This document shows, piece by piece, positions 1-9,856 of a stretch of 61,314 nt of DNA. The DNA is taken from assembly GCA_002688265.1 (NCBI GenBank), contig NZCK01000031.1:1-61314 (forward strand), written 5' to 3'. Position 1 is the first letter of the stretch. Each line of letters opens with the position of its first letter. The DNA comes from an archaeon. GTDB lineage: Archaea > Nanobdellota > Nanobdellia > Woesearchaeales > GW2011-AR9. The translations under genes were made by a program, and so were the position numbers. The notes beneath the pieces were generated by a model that saw only the letters and a program-made list of their open reading frames with translations, was not told where the DNA came from and did not search any database.

Positions 1-93
1 AGCGAAATAAAAAAAAGAAAGCCTATCTAAACGAAAAATATTTTTGGAACTATGCCTACACTTCGTTTCGGCATTTTTTCTTGCAGAAAAAAC

Positions 94-177
94 GTATAAC
101 AGCGATTAAGAGGAAAATTCCTGCTGAATTTTCCCAAATTCGACTTCGTCAAACTTCTCTTAATCGCAATGTTAAGT
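94..177. mobile_element. attC-like (integron cassette recombination) palindromic site
   Basis: GTATAAC (94-100) ... GTTAAGT (171-177); stem GCGATTAAGAG (102-112)/CTCTTAATCGC (157-167); inner hairpins GGAAAATTC/GAATTTTCC and GAC-TTC-GTC. Confidence 0.55.
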
Positions 178-182
178 GTAAT

Positions 183-452
183 TTATTTCTGGACCTGAGC
201 TTCTTCCTCAGACCTACTGATATCAACTTTGCAAATCCCATGTGGTCCTGGAATTTCAATAAAGTAAAAACGATATGGTGGTGTTACGGCAGTTGCTAGA
301 AAATTTTGTACTTCTTTATTATGTTTTTTTGCATATTCTTCCAGTTCTTCAAGAGATTTACAATTAATTTCAAAAGTAATATTCTTCGTTAACTCTTGTT
401 TATCCCCTTTCATTAAATTAATAGTAAAATCTTTTTTTAACCATCCATTCAC
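183..452 (-). CDS. hypothetical protein, possibly a 5'-truncated VOC/glyoxalase-like fragment
   Basis: 89-aa ORF with GTG start; weak VOC-like pattern (ITFEINCKSLEEL...RFYFIEIPGP); stop lies 5 bp from the attC-like site. Confidence 0.4.
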   Translation of the reverse strand: MNGWLKKDFTINLMKGDKQELTKNITFEINCKSLEELEEYAKKHNKEVQNFLATAVTPPYRFYFIEIPGPHGICKVDISRSEEEAQVQK

Positions 453-518
453 TTGAAAGAAGAATCCAATTATAATTATTTCTGTTAATCTAATAGAATT
501 ATGTTATTAATGAATCAA

Positions 519-1448
519 TTATTCCTCAAGAACTCTTCCTAAAAATAAAGTTTGGTTATCTCGAGTGCGCCCAGCTGATTGGTCTAAGATATAACCTACT
601 GCTTCAACGCAACTTATATCTAAGTCAGAGGCAATTTGATCAAAGATTCTCTCTCCACAAGCTAAAGCACCATCTGTTCCAAGCCCATAAATGTCTCCCA
701 CTTGAAAAGTACCATTAACTTCAGCAACGTCTTTATTTAGAAGAGTGGCACCACTTTTACATTGACCTAAACCTGCAGTTATTGCATTTTTCATATTGCT
801 AAAGAGAAATTCATCACCATTGTATATTTGTCTTTGACCTATCATTAATTCATATAATGTATGAGGAGTACTAAACATTGGTCTTCCTTGGGATCTAGTA
901 TAAACCAAAGAATCCCCTTGCTGATATGCACTCCTTTGGAAATCTGTTGATAATCCTAATGAAACAAAAGTGGTTGCTGTGCAGGTTACTCCTGTTGCTT
1001 TTTTTACTAAATCAACTAAAGCTTGAGCTTCGGTATCAACTAATTTTTTTAATGGAATTTCTTTTTTTTTAGATTTGCCTAAAATGTCTTGAAATCTCTT
1101 TCTTAATCTTTTAAGGTTAATCTCTGGGCAGATCCCTTTTGATCTTTGCGCAATAGATTCGAGATACTCTACTGGACAGACTCTTTCACCTCTTGCAAGT
1201 TCTCTTGCTGCAATTGCTTGAGCCCCCCACAAACTTGCTAAATCAGAATATCTCGTGCCTCCAACTCCATCTAAAAGAACAGCAATTAATCCTGTTGGAT
1301 TTTCTATAACTAAATAATGGTCATGCTGATATGGTCTTTTATTTCTTCTAGTTGCTACAGCATATTCAATTCTCGTTTTTTCATCTATTGGAAAAGTTCC
1401 ATTGTGTATTGAATCAGTTCCGTTTGATTGTAAGATTCAAAGAGGCAT
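519..1448 (-). pseudogene. PP2C/PPM-type protein phosphatase with an in-frame TGA at codon 4
   Basis: Frame stays open upstream of the track ORF to 1436: RRNKRPYQHD, AVLLDGVGG, LGTDG, RDNQT motifs; ATG at 1448 followed by CCT CTT TGA; TATA-like tract ~25 bp upstream. Confidence 0.65.
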
Positions 1449-1497
1449 AAAGAAAAAATTTTATAGTTTATATATAAATTATATGCTTAAAAATCTA

Positions 1498-1980
1498 TCA
1501 ATTATCTTTCCTTTGAAGCTCAATAAGGTAATTTTTGAATCCTTTTTTCCGATAAATTTTGTGTGCTTTATTATCTGAGAAGTGAACTTTAATTATCTGA
1601 TCATTTATTCCTTTTTTATCTAACCATTCCATGGCAGCTCTAATTAGTTGTGTGGAAATTCTATTATTTCGATATTTTTTCCTTACGTACAAATTGAATA
1701 GATGTCCTTGTTTTTTTGCTTTGAAGGATCCTGGGAGTTTTGATATATCTACTCCAACAAAACCTAGAAAATTCTCTTTTTCTTCAGCGACAAAGAAAGC
1801 AACATTTGATTGATTGAGATTTCTGGATAAACGAGAACCTAAACCGTTATTGATGTAATTTGGATCTAATCGATCATCTATTTCACATTCCCAAAGAAAA
1901 AATTCTTTTTTCATCTCATTCAGTTTGAAGAAATCTTTTTTTGTTGCTTTTCTGATTCTCATATTTAGATTCACTTTCAT
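1498..1980 (-). CDS. GNAT family N-acetyltransferase
   Basis: IRKATKKD start; LYVRKKYRNNRIS motif A; NKAHKIYRKKGF motif B. Confidence 0.9.
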   Translation of the reverse strand: MKVNLNMRIRKATKKDFFKLNEMKKEFFLWECEIDDRLDPNYINNGLGSRLSRNLNQSNVAFFVAEEKENFLGFVGVDISKLPGSFKAKKQGHLFNLYVRKKYRNNRISTQLIRAAMEWLDKKGINDQIIKVHFSDNKAHKIYRKKGFKNYLIELQRKDN

Positions 1981-2039
1981 TTACTATTAAAATGTAATGT
2001 TTAGAAACCTTTATATCAAAGAATTAATCTAATATTGTT

Positions 2040-2564
2040 ATGATAGAATTAGAACTAACTTACTTGGCAAAGTTCTTACCTGAAGGACTTAAAGATTGTA
2101 AATATAAAGAAATTATTGATGTTTATTTGCCAAAGAGCAGTGAGCATCCAAAACTACGTCTTCGAAAAAGTGGAAATAATTATGAACTTTGTAAAAAACA
2201 AGTAGTTAAAGCAGGAGATGCATCAGAACAAACAGAAGAAACAATTGTTTTAACAGAAGAAGAATTTAATGGCCTTAGTTCGCAATTGGATGGAAAGCGA
2301 GTTCATAAACTAAGGTATTATTATGATCACAAAGGTAGAACTGCTGAGTTTGATGTATTCCAAGGTGAGCTATTAGGTGTGGTGGTTATTGATTTTGAAT
2401 TTGAAACAAAGGAAGAAAAAGATAATTTTGAGATGCCAAACTTTTGTATGGTTGATGTAACTCAAGAACTTTTTATTGCTGGTGGAATGATCTGTGGTAG
2501 AACTTATTCTGATATAGAAGAAGATTTGGCTAGGTTTAATTATCAGAAGTTGTTTTTGGATTAA
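2040..2564 (+). CDS. CYTH / triphosphate tunnel metalloenzyme domain protein
   Basis: IELELTY (ExExK-like), KLRLRK, KLRYYY, EFDVF, DFEFE. Confidence 0.8.
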   Translation: MIELELTYLAKFLPEGLKDCKYKEIIDVYLPKSSEHPKLRLRKSGNNYELCKKQVVKAGDASEQTEETIVLTEEEFNGLSSQLDGKRVHKLRYYYDHKGRTAEFDVFQGELLGVVVIDFEFETKEEKDNFEMPNFCMVDVTQELFIAGGMICGRTYSDIEEDLARFNYQKLFLD

Positions 2565-3038
2565 TCACCTACTTAAATAATGATCTAAGAAACATTCTAA
2601 ACCAGTTGGATTTATTTGGATCCTGTCTCTATTAAAAGTAGCAACCCTTGTTAGGTCCGGACAAATTATATCAAATGCTTCATCTCCGTCATTGATGTCA
2701 AAACCAAGTCCTCTCCAATATTCTCTTTGATTATCTAAGTTTAAATTTCCATCGAAGAAAGTCATGTTTATGTCTCCATCAATTCCTACACAAACTTCTT
2801 GAATATATTCTGGGAGAACCCCTCCTTCTTCTTGAGTTCTAAACCCTTTTTCTGGTTCTGCAACATCTCTTAAGACTTTTTGTAAAATTGCTCCGCCAAC
2901 ACCTATTTCTGGACTAAATAAGTTCCCATCATAAGAAACTACAAAACCATTCCTTGCTAAAATAAGAGCGTAGGTGTTCAAGACATCACTTCCACTAGCT
3001 ATAGTATCAAAATTGATAATTGCTTCTTCTTCTGCCAT
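2565..3038 (-). CDS. hypothetical protein
   Basis: Start moved to ATG 3038 (MAEEEA), which has a TATA at ~3061-3069 and avoids the overlap with the upstream gene. Confidence 0.7.
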   Translation of the reverse strand: MAEEEAIINFDTIASGSDVLNTYALILARNGFVVSYDGNLFSPEIGVGGAILQKVLRDVAEPEKGFRTQEEGGVLPEYIQEVCVGIDGDINMTFFDGNLNLDNQREYWRGLGFDINDGDEAFDIICPDLTRVATFNRDRIQINPTGLECFLDHYLSR

Positions 3039-3114
3039 ATTTTGAACGATGAATATGTTATATTTATATGTTTTTTGAAAGAAAAGAAGATACTTTGACT
3101 GTTTAATAGGCATT

Positions 3115-4488
3115 TCAGCTATTCTCATTAATCCTATCAGCCATTTCATGAATTGCAGCTACTTGATATATTTCATCAGAGATTGATTCAGGAATAGTAT
3201 ACTCTTTTGTGTTTTCCCAATCACTTGGAGCATTGTTTGCTGCAATATCTGGTAAATTATATTGAGCTAAACTTTGGTCCATTTCAATTAAATATTCAGA
3301 ACTTGGATTGATTTTTACCCAAGCATCATTATTTAACCAACCTTCATATGCCATTCTAACATGACTTTTATAGGGGTTGGATTGAACATGATCATTTTTG
3401 CTAGCTAAAAACATTGCTTCTAAATTTGGAATGTTATTCATAGCGTCTTCATATAGATATACAGCCTCTCTAATATCCCAATAGTTGTTTGCTTCACTAG
3501 GTGTACCAATATCTTGTGGCCAATTGTCTAGACTAAATATTCCTTGGTCTAATAAAGCATGAGTTACTGGCCTGGAATAATAGTTTTTGTTATTATCAGG
3601 ATAATAATCTAGTGGGAAATCCTCATCTAAACTAAGTACTTCGTTGAAATCTAAATCTGGATCCGGGTTGTTTTCACTATTGTATTCGTAAGTGTAAACC
3701 CCATCTTCATTACCATCATAAAATATTGGAAATAAGGAACTTTCATCAAAACTCAAATCGCTGTGATCAATCAACACTTCTTTTTCACTATAACCCAAAT
3801 ATCTTGGATTGAAATATTTGCCTCGAGTTGGATTGCTGTTTAAATGTAGTGGTTCTAAGATTACCTCTCCTAAATCACGACAAGCAATTTGGCTAGAAAC
3901 TGGTGTTTCCCATTGAATAATATATTTTAGATCTTCAAAGATCAAATTACCATATAGGGCCGCAGTAGCAACAGGCAAATTACCTCCATTAGAGATTCCA
4001 ATTATTCCAACATTGTCTGTTAATACTGGAAAATCAAGAAGACCAGAAATTTTCCCTCCAGAAGTGTCAGATAATTCTCCAGAAGCAAATAATATCACAT
4101 CTCTTAGAGCAGCTATACTGTCTTCTCCTCGATAGTCATATGTCCCATCTGATTTGAAACCACTTATTGATTCAACTCCAGGGAATAAAAAAGTGATTAC
4201 TAAAACATCATCTGCTAAAAGAATTCCATTTGTCAGATCTTTTTCTTCGTAACCACCTGGAACATAAATTAGAATTGGTGCCCCTTCATTGTATCTTGTA
4301 GTTTCTGGCAAGTATAATCTAAGAGCAGTTGTGCCATCTTTTGAAGGGATGGATAAATCTATCTCTCCTCCACCAACGAAGACTCCTTCATGCTGATCGA
4401 TATTAGTTTCAGTGGAACAAGAACTTAAGAGAAATAATAGAGTTAGGGTTAGTATTATAGGAATAGTAATTAATTTTCTAAGATACAT
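3115..4488 (-). CDS. secreted/lipoprotein alpha/beta-hydrolase-fold protein
   Basis: Signal peptide with LSSC lipobox; IYVPGG oxyanion motif; GISNGG nucleophile elbow; acidic DGNEDG loop. Confidence 0.7.
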   Translation of the reverse strand: MYLRKLITIPIILTLTLLFLLSSCSTETNIDQHEGVFVGGGEIDLSIPSKDGTTALRLYLPETTRYNEGAPILIYVPGGYEEKDLTNGILLADDVLVITFLFPGVESISGFKSDGTYDYRGEDSIAALRDVILFASGELSDTSGGKISGLLDFPVLTDNVGIIGISNGGNLPVATAALYGNLIFEDLKYIIQWETPVSSQIACRDLGEVILEPLHLNSNPTRGKYFNPRYLGYSEKEVLIDHSDLSFDESSLFPIFYDGNEDGVYTYEYNSENNPDPDLDFNEVLSLDEDFPLDYYPDNNKNYYSRPVTHALLDQGIFSLDNWPQDIGTPSEANNYWDIREAVYLYEDAMNNIPNLEAMFLASKNDHVQSNPYKSHVRMAYEGWLNNDAWVKINPSSEYLIEMDQSLAQYNLPDIAANNAPSDWENTKEYTIPESISDEIYQVAAIHEMADRINENS

Positions 4489-4527
4489 GATTATTTAATC
4501 AATTATTTTTTATTCTTTTAAAGCTTC

Positions 4528-4677
4528 TTATTTATTATTAATTCCTAGGCAACCTTTATTGAAAGTATTTATTCTATTGATGATTATTTCTTTTTTTTCA
4601 CAGTCATAATTGAATAATTGCTGTTTTAATTTAATAATCTCTTTAATATCTTTGAGATAAAGTTTTCTAAGTTGCAT
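4528..4677 (-). pseudogene. 49-aa GNAT N-terminal remnant
   Basis: MQLRKLYLKDIKEIIKLKQQLFNYDCEK resembles a GNAT N-terminus; stops before the acetyl-CoA motif; below the ORF-track cutoff. Confidence 0.35.
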
Positions 4678-4767
4678 AGTTTAGAATTCTATTAAAGTCA
4701 TATTTTTGACAAACTTGCATTTTTTGAAGCAAATATCTATAAATGTGGGCATTTTTGAATATTTGTC

Positions 4768-5115
4768 TTGGTAGAAACGAAATCAATTAACGAACTGGCT
4801 CAGATAAAGCAAGGAGAAGTGTATTTTGTAACAGATAGGCGTAGCGAAAGGAATGATCAAGGCCCTGCTTTGTTATGGGATAAGATCGGAGCTGAAGAAG
4901 GCGTAGAAAATTCAATGTATAGGTTTATTAGTCCATCTAAAACGTTACTTCCAGGCCATATAGATGAAATAATTGCTAGAGAAAACCAAGTGAGAATTGT
5001 AGAAGGACAAATCCATTTAGTGTTAGGTGATGCAGATTCTAAACATTATGGCTCTATGGTGTTTGGGTATCCAGCTATGAGGGAAGCCTTAGAAAGTAAG
5101 GGATTTGAATTTTGA
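4768..5115 (+). CDS. hypothetical protein
   Basis: 115-aa ORF, TTG start, TATAAA ~28 bp upstream. Confidence 0.65.
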   Translation: MVETKSINELAQIKQGEVYFVTDRRSERNDQGPALLWDKIGAEEGVENSMYRFISPSKTLLPGHIDEIIARENQVRIVEGQIHLVLGDADSKHYGSMVFGYPAMREALESKGFEF

Positions 5116-5165
5116 AGAGTTTTGAATTATTAAGAAAATTAAAGAGTAAGGCTTTTTTGTTAATA

Positions 5166-5648
5166 TTACATTAGGTTTGGAGCGTTTTGAACATCTCCTC
5201 GATATAGAATTCTTTGTGAACATTGGTCTTCTCTTATAACAACTAACATCCCTTCAGAAGTATCAACATCTAATTGTAAGTGGGTGCTAGTTGAAGGTTC
5301 GCCCCATCTAACATACATGTTAGAATCAAAAAATCCATGTTCCCTTAATAACTTTGGCACTGCAGTTCTTCCATCAATATTGCTATCATGGTTGTCTGGA
5401 TTTTCGCTTCCACAATAACCAGCAACATAAATGTCAACATCTTCTGGATCTGGGAAATTAGTCACGGCTTCTCTTATCATGCTTTCTAATTCTTCTGGGT
5501 TGCTATCTGGAAAATTACCCGCAAAGGCAGCATGCATCTTTCGATTATGAATTATTACAGCAACGCCATGGCCCTGGCTTCTGGTTTCAACAACGCTTCC
5601 TGGTGGGACGTATCTACTTTCTTCTGATCTAAGACTAAAATATGTCAT
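5166..5648 (-). CDS. CheD-like fold protein, catalytically degenerate
   Basis: VETRSQGHGVAVIIHN...AFAGNF and DIYVAG align with the CheD pattern T-x-LGSCVAV...GGxxH and KxxGG, but Cys and His are absent. Confidence 0.5.
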   Translation of the reverse strand: MTYFSLRSEESRYVPPGSVVETRSQGHGVAVIIHNRKMHAAFAGNFPDSNPEELESMIREAVTNFPDPEDVDIYVAGYCGSENPDNHDSNIDGRTAVPKLLREHGFFDSNMYVRWGEPSTSTHLQLDVDTSEGMLVVIREDQCSQRILYRGDVQNAPNLM

Positions 5649-5736
5649 GGGTCAGAATTTTTAGCGTTTTGTTTATAATAGTTTCGGAAATAGATAATAT
5701 TGTAGTTATTGTAGTATTAGGATAATTTTAAATTAA

Positions 5737-5940
5737 TCATATAACTCTTTTCTCTTTTAAATATTGATAAATTTGGTCTGCTGCTTCCTCAACAGTTATT
5801 TTATCTGTTTCAATAAGAATTTCAGGTGACATGGGTTCTTCATAAGGAGCACTGATCCCAGTAAAATTTTTGATTTCTCCTATCCTAGCTCTTTTATACA
5901 AACCCTTAGGATCCCTCTTCTCACACTCTTCCAAACTGCA
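5737..5940 (-). pseudogene. cysC: adenylyl-sulfate kinase C-terminal fragment
   Basis: [36 protein letters not shown] signature; the P-loop N-terminal half is missing. Confidence 0.85.
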
Positions 5941-7060
5941 AACCAAAAATACTTGGTGAGATACAATCAATAAACTCTTTATTATTTCCAAGGAAATCAG
6001 TAGTGTCCTCAAACTCTTCTTTTGTCTCTGTTGGAAAACCAAACATAATGTAGAGCATATTTTGAATTCCTAACGTCTTTGCATACTTTAATGTTGCTTC
6101 AACATCTTCAACTTTCGTTCCTTTTTTCATTAAATCTAATATTCTTTGATTGCCAGATTCAACTCCCCAAGCAACACTAGTTAATCCAGATTCAACAACT
6201 TCACCTAGTACTGATTGAATTTGTTTAGTTGGGCGTAATTGGCACCACCATTTGACATTAAGATTTTTTAGAATCTTTGCAATTTGTTTAATTCTAATTA
6301 CTGGGATATCATCATCAATAAAACAAATCTTATTGATATTATTATTTTGAATTGTTTCTTTGAGAGTAGATAGATCAAACAGTTTGAAGTTAGTATTTCC
6401 ATGATGAGTACAAAATGTACATAGTTTATAGGGACAAGCAATACTGGTTCTTAATGGATAAACAACATCTGTTGTGAAATAATGATCTTTGTTGAAATCA
6501 GAGAAATCTGCTAAAAGCTTAATACCATCACTGGTTTCTTTTTCTTTTGCTCCAATTGAAACAAGATATTTAGTGAACTCTTTTGCACTAGGAAGGGATT
6601 TAACTCCCTCTAATATTTTGCTATAATCTGCTGGGCCACCTATAATAATTTTGATATTTGAATTCTCTTTTTTTATCCTATCAATTAGTTGTTTTGCTAC
6701 AAAAATTTGGCTGTTATAACTTAAGCTAATTGCAACAACTGTTGGTTCCTCTTTTATAATGCCTTCAGTAAGTTGTTTTATTTCAGGAATTTCTTGATCT
6801 AAGCGCATCTCTTTGGAAATCTGTATGCCATTTTCCTTTACTTTGTTTGAGAACTCTTCTAACAATTCGAAATACTGCTTTGGATTTTCTCTTAATCTTT
6901 TGTAATACTCATGGAATTTTTCGAAGTGATAACTAGCGTTTAAATCTAAAACACAAATCTTCTCATTCAATCTAAAGGCTAACTCTGTTTTCATAGCAGC
7001 CAAAGAATATGGGTATGTAGTGGGAGTGTAAGCAGGTGGGTTGATTAGAAGGATTTTCAT
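5921..7060 (-). CDS. B12-binding radical SAM protein, probably C-terminally truncated
   Basis: [47 protein letters not shown]. Confidence 0.85.
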   Translation of the reverse strand: MKILLINPPAYTPTTYPYSLAAMKTELAFRLNEKICVLDLNASYHFEKFHEYYKRLRENPKQYFELLEEFSNKVKENGIQISKEMRLDQEIPEIKQLTEGIIKEEPTVVAISLSYNSQIFVAKQLIDRIKKENSNIKIIIGGPADYSKILEGVKSLPSAKEFTKYLVSIGAKEKETSDGIKLLADFSDFNKDHYFTTDVVYPLRTSIACPYKLCTFCTHHGNTNFKLFDLSTLKETIQNNNINKICFIDDDIPVIRIKQIAKILKNLNVKWWCQLRPTKQIQSVLGEVVESGLTSVAWGVESGNQRILDLMKKGTKVEDVEATLKYAKTLGIQNMLYIMFGFPTETKEEFEDTTDFLGNNKEFIDCISPSIFGLQFGRV

Positions 7061-7079
7061 TTTGTTTTTTGAATGATCT

Positions 7080-7628
7080 TTATTGAAGTTCCCTCTTCAA
7101 TATTTTATGAGCATTATTGATTGCTTTGAATTTTTCATGACTTCCTTCTGGTCGATCTGGATGATGATGCATTGCTAATTTTTTGTAAGCTTTATTGATT
7201 TCTTCAAGATCTACACACTTTTCATTAACTCCAAGCAATGCTCTGGCTTTTTTTCTTTGTTCTTCAATATCATCTTCTTCAGAGAATTCGTTTAGGAATT
7301 GATCCATGGTTTTTTCTCCACTTTCAACAAGTTGCAACTCTGCTTCTAAAATCTTAGATATTGCATGTAAGTTTGAGATATAAGATCCAGCTTTTTGACA
7401 ACTAAAGTATAAATGATAACCATCTTGCCACCATTCAATTGAAGCTGCCATAGTCCTAATTACTAATCTAGGAATCTCAATTTCAATGTCGTCTTCTGGA
7501 ACCCCAACAGATCTTAAAGTTTGATGAATGTTGTTTTGAATCTGAATAGCTCTGCGATAACTAGATAATTTTCTATTGAAAGCTTTGATTTCATGCCCTT
7601 TAACTTTGAAGGTTTCTGTTTCTGTCAT
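7080..7628 (-). CDS. J-domain (DnaJ-like) protein with C-terminal J domain
   Basis: INKAYKKLAMHHHPDR...FKAINNAH. Confidence 0.9.
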   Translation of the reverse strand: MTETETFKVKGHEIKAFNRKLSSYRRAIQIQNNIHQTLRSVGVPEDDIEIEIPRLVIRTMAASIEWWQDGYHLYFSCQKAGSYISNLHAISKILEAELQLVESGEKTMDQFLNEFSEEDDIEEQRKKARALLGVNEKCVDLEEINKAYKKLAMHHHPDRPEGSHEKFKAINNAHKILKRELQ

Positions 7629-7747
7629 TTTTGTTTCTGTTATTTCTAAGTATTTATGCTAAAATCTTGCTTCCTGTTTATAACCTTTTGCACTTAATTA
7701 GATCATTGATAGCAAGACCTATAAAGAAGAAGTGGTTTTTTTAAGAA

Positions 7748-8374
7748 ATGGTAAAAAGTAAAAAGCAATTGGCAGTTTTCTTAAGTAAATTAAAATCTTT
7801 TACAAACCCTAACATCAAACTAGAGCAATATGCAACTCCAAGCGAGATTGCAGCTGAATGGATCTGGGAGATGGCTCTCAAAAATGAAGTTGAAGGAAAA
7901 ACTTTTGCTGATTTTGCTTGTGGTCCTGGAATCTTAGGAATTGGTCTTCTTGTAATGGGTGCTAAGAAAGTACACTTCTTAGATTGCGATTCAAAAATTT
8001 TAGAAGTATGCAAAGAAAATTATTACTCATTAGCTGAAGAATATGAAATAGGGGAAGCAGAATTTTATCATTGCGATGTTTCTGAGTTTAATAATAAAGA
8101 AAAAATTGATGCTGTTGTTCAAAACCCTCCTTTTGGAACCAAAGAAAAACATGTCGATAAAAAATTTTTAGAAATGGCTTTCAAAATTACAAATGTAGTT
8201 TACTCAATGCATAAGACAACTACCAAAAGTTTTGTAGAAGCAATAAGTAAAGACTTTGGTTTTGAAATAACTCACCATTACTATTACAAATTTCCATTAG
8301 CAAAAACAATGAGTCATCATAAAAAACGTTTTGAATATGTTGATGTAGACTTGTTTAGGATGGAAAAGAAATAG
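7748..8374 (+). CDS. METTL5-family N6-adenine RNA methyltransferase
   Basis: LEQYATP, DFACGPGILG, QNPPFG, YSMHK. Confidence 0.9.
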   Translation: MVKSKKQLAVFLSKLKSFTNPNIKLEQYATPSEIAAEWIWEMALKNEVEGKTFADFACGPGILGIGLLVMGAKKVHFLDCDSKILEVCKENYYSLAEEYEIGEAEFYHCDVSEFNNKEKIDAVVQNPPFGTKEKHVDKKFLEMAFKITNVVYSMHKTTTKSFVEAISKDFGFEITHHYYYKFPLAKTMSHHKKRFEYVDVDLFRMEKK

Positions 8375-8672
8375 TTGTGTGAGAATTATTCTTTTTGAAA
8401 AAACTTTTTGTTTATAATCTTTTTTATTTTTTAATCTTAATTAAATAACATTTAACTAATTGTATTTGGTTTCTTGTTATTTTTTCAATTATTTTTTACT
8501 ACTGCTCTAACATTATTATTGTTACAACTATTGTGTGTTATCGAAAGCTATTTAAAGACAAAGAGAATAGATAAAATATTAATTCGGTGGTAGAATTAAA
8601 ATAAATGACTTGTGTGCTTGGGGAAGCAAAAGGCTTGTCATTTTGAAAAAAGATTAGTAGGTAGTGTAAACG

Positions 8673-9116
8673 ATGCAAGAAAGACTGTCACTTATTAGAG
8701 CTGCTTTGGAAGAGCATTTGTCGGCGATAAACGAGAACAGTAATGAAATTCAGGCATTATTTGATTATCTGCAAGAGATGGATTCTAAAATTGATTCTTT
8801 ACATTCAAGATTAGATTCAATGCAAATAGATTCTCAATCTAAAACACATGAAGTTAAACCACTTAATGAAGCCGAAAGACAAGTTTTTGTAGTTCTTTAT
8901 ACTGCAGAAAGTTTTTTAGGTTACACTGAAATTTCAGCAAGGTGTGGTTTGTCAGCTAGTTGTGTACAAGAACATTTAAGATCATTAACTGCAAAAGGAA
9001 TTCCTCTTACAAGAACCCTTTCTGATAAACAAATTCTAGTACAAATTGATGTCAAATTTAAAGAGAGACAAGCAAAAGAAAATGTGGTTAATTTAAGTTT
9101 GGATACTTTTTTCTGA
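8673..9116 (+). CDS. coiled-coil plus winged-HTH protein
   Basis: N-terminal heptads; LNEAERQVF...YTEISARCGLSASCVQEHLRSLTAKGIP. Confidence 0.75.
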   Translation: MQERLSLIRAALEEHLSAINENSNEIQALFDYLQEMDSKIDSLHSRLDSMQIDSQSKTHEVKPLNEAERQVFVVLYTAESFLGYTEISARCGLSASCVQEHLRSLTAKGIPLTRTLSDKQILVQIDVKFKERQAKENVVNLSLDTFF

Positions 9117-9142
9117 GATAAAATTTCATATGTCTTTTTGAT

Positions 9143-9766
9143 TTAGTCTTGTATAACAAAACTATAACCCTTATAAGGTTCTTTTCTTGAAAGTAATTGC
9201 AGTCCTTCTTCAACTAATCTTCTATTAGGTCCAACTGTTGCAGGTCCAAAGGTAACACTTGTGCCATGTATTAAAACTTGGTCATCTTGGAATTTGTAAA
9301 AACCACCTCCGCGGCAATAAATTCTTAAATAAATTCCATCAGAATAAAGTTTAATATCTCTTTTACTTTCAGGGTTTAAACTGATCCCTGGCCATTTATT
9401 TGGTATACCAAATCTGTTTTGAATAGCTGAATTAAATTCTGGAAGGAAAGTTTTTCCTGCAAGAATGGCGTGATCATCAATACCTGTAATCTCAAAACCA
9501 CGAAGGAAGCATTGCTTATATGAGAATGAGCCAGTCATTTCTAACTCTAAGAGAACATATCTTGTTTTTTCATTTAAGGCTTTAAGTAATTCTACACCAT
9601 TACCTTGTCCAAAACAGAGACATTTGAAATCTAATAACTCTTCTGAGTCATGAGTTTCTTCAGGATCAAAACCATTATCTCTATCTCTTCGCTCGCATTC
9701 TCTTAGTAATGCTTCATTAAGAACAGGATCAATATTTTCAAGTTCACGAACTAATGTGTTTAACAT
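9143..9766 (-). CDS. Janus/Ocnus (PHPT1-like phosphohistidine phosphatase) family protein
   Basis: RYVLL, FLRG, DHA, CRGGG, HGTSVTFGPA occur in the same order as the PHPT1 motifs recalled from memory. Confidence 0.6.
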   Translation of the reverse strand: MLNTLVRELENIDPVLNEALLRECERRDRDNGFDPEETHDSEELLDFKCLCFGQGNGVELLKALNEKTRYVLLELEMTGSFSYKQCFLRGFEITGIDDHAILAGKTFLPEFNSAIQNRFGIPNKWPGISLNPESKRDIKLYSDGIYLRIYCRGGGFYKFQDDQVLIHGTSVTFGPATVGPNRRLVEEGLQLLSRKEPYKGYSFVIQD

Positions 9767-9856
9767 CTTAACTTTTTATTAATCCATATTTAAAAACTTG
9801 TTTAATATTTTTAATAAGATTTGAACTAAAGCAATACATACACAAATTAAACTATC

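Noticed and set aside
81-299. 72-aa plus-strand ORF
   Set aside because: Runs through the attC-like palindrome and antisense to 183-452
5941-6042. N-terminal part of the 101-aa cysC ORF
   Set aside because: It is an alternative frame of the radical SAM gene; APS kinase similarity starts only at ~5940
8600-8645. Hairpin AAATGAC...GTCATTT with inner TGCTT/AAGCA upstream of the wHTH gene
   Set aside because: Single imperfect stem with no recognisable motif; too little to call a regulatory RNA
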